From contig CAYVRZ010000013.1 in the NCBI GenBank assembly GCA_964453895.1, forward strand, positions 3,975 to 67,974: 64,000 nucleotides of DNA. Reading direction: 5' to 3'. The notes under the pieces are model-generated. The model was not told the origin of the DNA. It saw only the letters and a list, made by a program, of their open reading frames with translations, and did not search any database. Below are positions 60,972-64,000 of this stretch, piece by piece. Positions within the stretch are counted from its first letter, which is position 1, and each line of letters opens with the position of its first letter. Origin of the DNA: an uncultured Pseudobdellovibrionaceae bacterium. Lineage in GTDB: Bacteria; Bdellovibrionota; Bdellovibrionia; Bdellovibrionales; UBA1609. The position numbers and the translations under genes are program-made.

Positions 60972-62561
60972 ATGGATAAACGATTTCTAGCGTCGATGGG
61001 CGCAGTCGTAGCCATTTTTACAATGGTCGTCGTTTTTCAAAACTGCTCCAGTTTAGACTCCCCCGGCTCCAGTGGCGGCGGAAATTTTTCATCGTATGAG
61101 GCCAACGTGTCCATCGCCGATGTCGCGATTGCCCCGGGACAAGTGGCCAACGTACTCGTGGTGCTCGATCAACCGTTGGCCAATTCGGTGACGGTCAGTT
61201 TTAGAACTTTAGACGACACTGCGATCGCCGGAACCCACTATCAGACGACCGACAGTACGATCGAACTTCCCGCCGGTCAGACCACCTTTCAATTTGCCAT
61301 CACGACTTTGGTCTCGGCCGCCGACTTCAATAACAAACGTTTTCGCGTGCAAGTGAGTTTCGCCGGCAACGTGGCCCCCACGGTCACTTCCTATGTGTCG
61401 TTCACGGCGGGGAATTCGGGATTAACTTTTTCGCAAAGAAGTTCCAACTCCGGACTTCTTTCGGCCGGTCAGTTTCACTCCTGCGCCATTAAAAACGACG
61501 CTCTTTCTTGCTGGGGCCGAAACACCGAAGGGCAACTCGGTCAGGGCAACAACACCAACCGCACCTTTCCTGGTACGGTCGCATCGATGGAAACCGGAGT
61601 TTCGGCCGTCTCCGCCGGGCGCTTGCACACCTGTGCGATCAAGAGTGGGGCGCTCTATTGCTGGGGCTTTAATTCGGGTTATCAGCTGGGGGATGGCACC
61701 GCCACCAACTCGACCTTCGCACGCGCGGTTTTTGATATGGGAAGCGGCGTTCAGGCGGTGTCTGCGGGTTACGATCATACCTGCGCGATCAAGAACGGCG
61801 CTCTGTATTGCTGGGGCACCAATAATATGGCCCAGGTCGGGCACAACAACGGCGCGAACCAACAGGTCCCCTTGTTGGTCCCAAATTTCACAACCGGCGT
61901 GACAGCGGTGGCCGCCGGCTATCAACACACCTGCGCCATTAAGAATGGCGGACTTTATTGTTGGGGTCTCAATTCGCAAGGGCAGTTGGCCTTGGGCAAT
62001 ACCACCAACGACCCCAATCGCAATCCGGCCAATCCCGCGGTCACGATCGCGCCGATCACGGGTTTTGAAACTGGGGTTCTTGCGGTGAGCGCCACCTCGC
62101 ACACCACGTGCGCGAGCAAAGGCGCCGGCGCCCTATATTGCTGGGGTTACAATGCCAGTGGTCAACTGGGTCTTGGCAACGCCACCAACACTTCGGCTCC
62201 CAATTTGATCAATGGCTTTGATCTCGGCGTTAGCCATTTCTCGTCGGCGGTCTCGCACACCTGCGCGATTAAGACCACGGGGCTCCATTGCTGGGGCTAC
62301 AATGGCAACGGTCAGCTCGGCAACAACACGGCGGTGTCAAGTACGGCACCCGCTGCGACGCCGGTGAGTGTGACTCTAAATGCCGGTGAGTCGTTTGTGC
62401 ATGTGGTGTCGGGCGGTCATGGTGACACGGTCAATCGTCAATCGCACACGTGCGGTCGCACCAACCAAAATCGCGTGTTCTGCTGGGGCTACAATGGCTT
62501 CGGTGAGGTGGGCGACAACACTGTGGTCCAGAAATTGGTGCCAACTCTAATTGGTCTCTAA
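60972..62561 (+). CDS. Lipoprotein with Calx-beta-like domain and seven RCC1 (beta-propeller) repeats
   Basis: Lipobox VVFQNC. VSFRTLDDTAIAGTHYQTTDSTIELPAGQTTFQFAI is Calx-beta-like. There are seven H(T/S)CAIK...L(Y/S/H/F)CWG.N..GQ(L/V)G repeats, one per CWG motif. Confidence 0.8.
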   Translation: MDKRFLASMGAVVAIFTMVVVFQNCSSLDSPGSSGGGNFSSYEANVSIADVAIAPGQVANVLVVLDQPLANSVTVSFRTLDDTAIAGTHYQTTDSTIELPAGQTTFQFAITTLVSAADFNNKRFRVQVSFAGNVAPTVTSYVSFTAGNSGLTFSQRSSNSGLLSAGQFHSCAIKNDALSCWGRNTEGQLGQGNNTNRTFPGTVASMETGVSAVSAGRLHTCAIKSGALYCWGFNSGYQLGDGTATNSTFARAVFDMGSGVQAVSAGYDHTCAIKNGALYCWGTNNMAQVGHNNGANQQVPLLVPNFTTGVTAVAAGYQHTCAIKNGGLYCWGLNSQGQLALGNTTNDPNRNPANPAVTIAPITGFETGVLAVSATSHTTCASKGAGALYCWGYNASGQLGLGNATNTSAPNLINGFDLGVSHFSSAVSHTCAIKTTGLHCWGYNGNGQLGNNTAVSSTAPAATPVSVTLNAGESFVHVVSGGHGDTVNRQSHTCGRTNQNRVFCWGYNGFGEVGDNTVVQKLVPTLIGL

Positions 62562-62642
62562 TTCTCCCTGCTCCTAGCGTCATAGGCTTCCCAACCGCAT
62601 CTCTCTGATCTATCGTTTTTCTTTAGATATTAGGGGGATAGG

Positions 62643-64000
62643 TGGTTACTTGCCACAATTACATCAATGGGGAATGGGTCGTGGGTCTCAGCGGCGGCCA
62701 CGATATTTTTGCGCCGGCGTCGGGCAAAAAAATTGGTGAGTTCACTGCGCCAAGCAAAACGCAAATCGATCAAGCCATAGAACATGCGGCCGCTTCGCAA
62801 ATCGAATGGGCTAAATTGCCCATCAAAGAGCGCAGCAAAGTCTTGTTTAACTTTCGCAATATTTTGCTGCGCGAACTCAATGCGATCGCTGAGTTGAAAA
62901 GTTCTGAGTGCGGCAAAACCGTGGATGAAGGCAAGGCGGGCCTGTTGAAGGGCATTGAAGTCTTGGAGTTCGCGCTGAGCATACAAAATTTGGATTTAGG
63001 CGGGCGCCTTGAGATCTCGCGAGGTGTGTCGTGCGAATATCGGCGTGAGCCACTCGGCGTGATTGCCAATATCACGCCGTTTAACTTTCCGGCCATGGTG
63101 CCCATGTGGACCATTCCCATAGCGCTGGCGCTTGGCAATGCCTATGTGTGGAAGCCGTCTGATAAAACTCCGCTGACGGCATTCAAGTTGGCCAACGCTT
63201 TGGCGGAGGCAGGTCTCCCGGCGGGAGTGTTTACGGTTCTGCATGGCGCGCAGGCGACGGTGGAAGCGATTATTGATCATGCAAAAGTTAAGGCTGTAGG
63301 TTTTGTCGGGTCCACCAAGGTCGCGAAGCTCGTCTATCAGCGCGCCACTCACTCGGGTAAACGTGCGCTGGCATTGGGCGGAGCAAAAAATCATATTGTG
63401 CTATTGCCCGACGCCAATGCGGAGTTGAGTGGGGTTGGAATTTCGGATTCCTTTACCGGTTGTGCGGGTCAGCGCTGCATGGCCGCTTCGGTTTTGCTCG
63501 CCGTCGGCGATGTGGATACGCATATTCAAAAGGTCGTGCAGCGCGCCTCATCGCTCGAGCTCGGCAAAGATATGGGCGCGATGATTAGCAAAGAGCAGGT
63601 GGCGTTTTTAAAAGACGCGATTGGGCGGGCCGAGAAGGCCGGGGCTCGATTGTTGCTTGATGGCCGCAAAGCCAAAGCCCCTCCCGGTTTGGACGGTGGC
63701 AATTGGCTGGGGCCGACCATTTTGGACAACGTTCAACCCGGCTCTGAGGCGGCCACGGTTGAATTGTTCGGGCCGATTTTAAGTGTGGTTCGCTGCAAAG
63801 ATTTGACTGAGGCCTTGAAAATCGAGAACAGCGTCGACTATGGCAATGCCTGTAGTGTGTTCACTTCGAGCGGCCCGTTGGCCGAGCGGGTGGTGCGCGA
63901 GGCCTCGACCGGAATGGTCGGCGTGAATATCGGAGTCCCGGTGCCGCGCGAGCCTTTTAGCTTTGGCGGCATCAATGCTTCGAAGTTCGGGCATGGCGAT
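62643..64000 (+). CDS. mmsA: CoA-acylating methylmalonate-semialdehyde dehydrogenase (ALDH superfamily), 3' end beyond right edge
   Basis: Absent from the track because it is open at the edge. My translation from GTG 62643 gives VVTCHNYINGEWV...ITPFNFPAMVPMW...WKPSDKTP...GGAKNH...FTGCAGQRCMA...VGVNIGVPVPREPFSFGG, a typical MmsA sequence including the GQRCMA catalytic Cys block. Confidence 0.85.

Noticed and set aside
61422-62102. 226-aa minus-strand ORF inside the RCC1-repeat gene
   Set aside because: The repetitive, GC-rich RCC1 coding sequence keeps the antisense frame open. The plus-strand frame shows seven regular RCC1 repeats.

Overview
This 64-kb window is a bacterial chromosomal segment. 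My spot counts give roughly 55-63% GC in most genes. It is densely coding, with about 60 protein genes. I found no rRNA, tRNA or CRISPR array by eye. No database search was possible, so every family call rests on motif and sequence recognition.

Layout from left to right:
- 1-912: metF, with its 3' end running off the left edge.
- 1.1-17.5 kb: a large divergently transcribed surface-glycan (LPS/O-antigen-type) locus.
  - It holds a complete nucleotide-activated-heptose gene set: transaldolase, SIS isomerase, GHMP kinase, HAD phosphatase and nucleotidyltransferase.
  - It also holds several sugar-modifying enzymes, three methyltransferases, a PglC-like initiating transferase and an O-antigen ligase.
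  - A GNAT/DUF1778 (TacAT-like) toxin-antitoxin pair is nested inside it.
- 18.06-19.07 kb: a ~1.0-kb insertion sequence with 21-bp terminal inverted repeats.
- 19-30 kb: housekeeping and envelope genes, including acyl-CoA dehydrogenase, a B12-binding domain protein, an HNH protein, an HD-domain protein, a transglutaminase-like protein, an M50 protease and ScpA/ScpB.
- 30.5-32.4 kb: the most unusual element, at the window centre. It is an AT-rich three-gene cassette (about 38-42% GC in my counts).
  - It encodes an MNT nucleotidyltransferase antitoxin.
  - It encodes a HepT/DUF86 HEPN toxin (RX4HXY motif) fused to a ~240-aa lytic-transglycosylase (SLT-like) module.
  - It encodes an overlapping secreted protein of unknown function.
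  - A 97-bp palindrome lies beside it.
- 32.4-64 kb: an FAD oxidoreductase, Psd, ferredoxin, PrfC, Udk and several lipoproteins. Also two RND pumps with no adjacent adaptor gene, one of them packed tightly with RimB/RimK and a class IV aminotransferase. Then a divergent membrane pyrophosphatase, TrhO, TetR-TolC-RND, MsrA, peptidoglycan hydrolase-like proteins, an HD-GYP protein, VWA and Calx-beta/RCC1 lipoproteins, and mmsA running off the right edge.

Repeated 'FQNC' lipoboxes and the many secreted cell-wall enzymes suggest a Bdellovibrio-like (Bdellovibrionota) host. That is a low-confidence inference.
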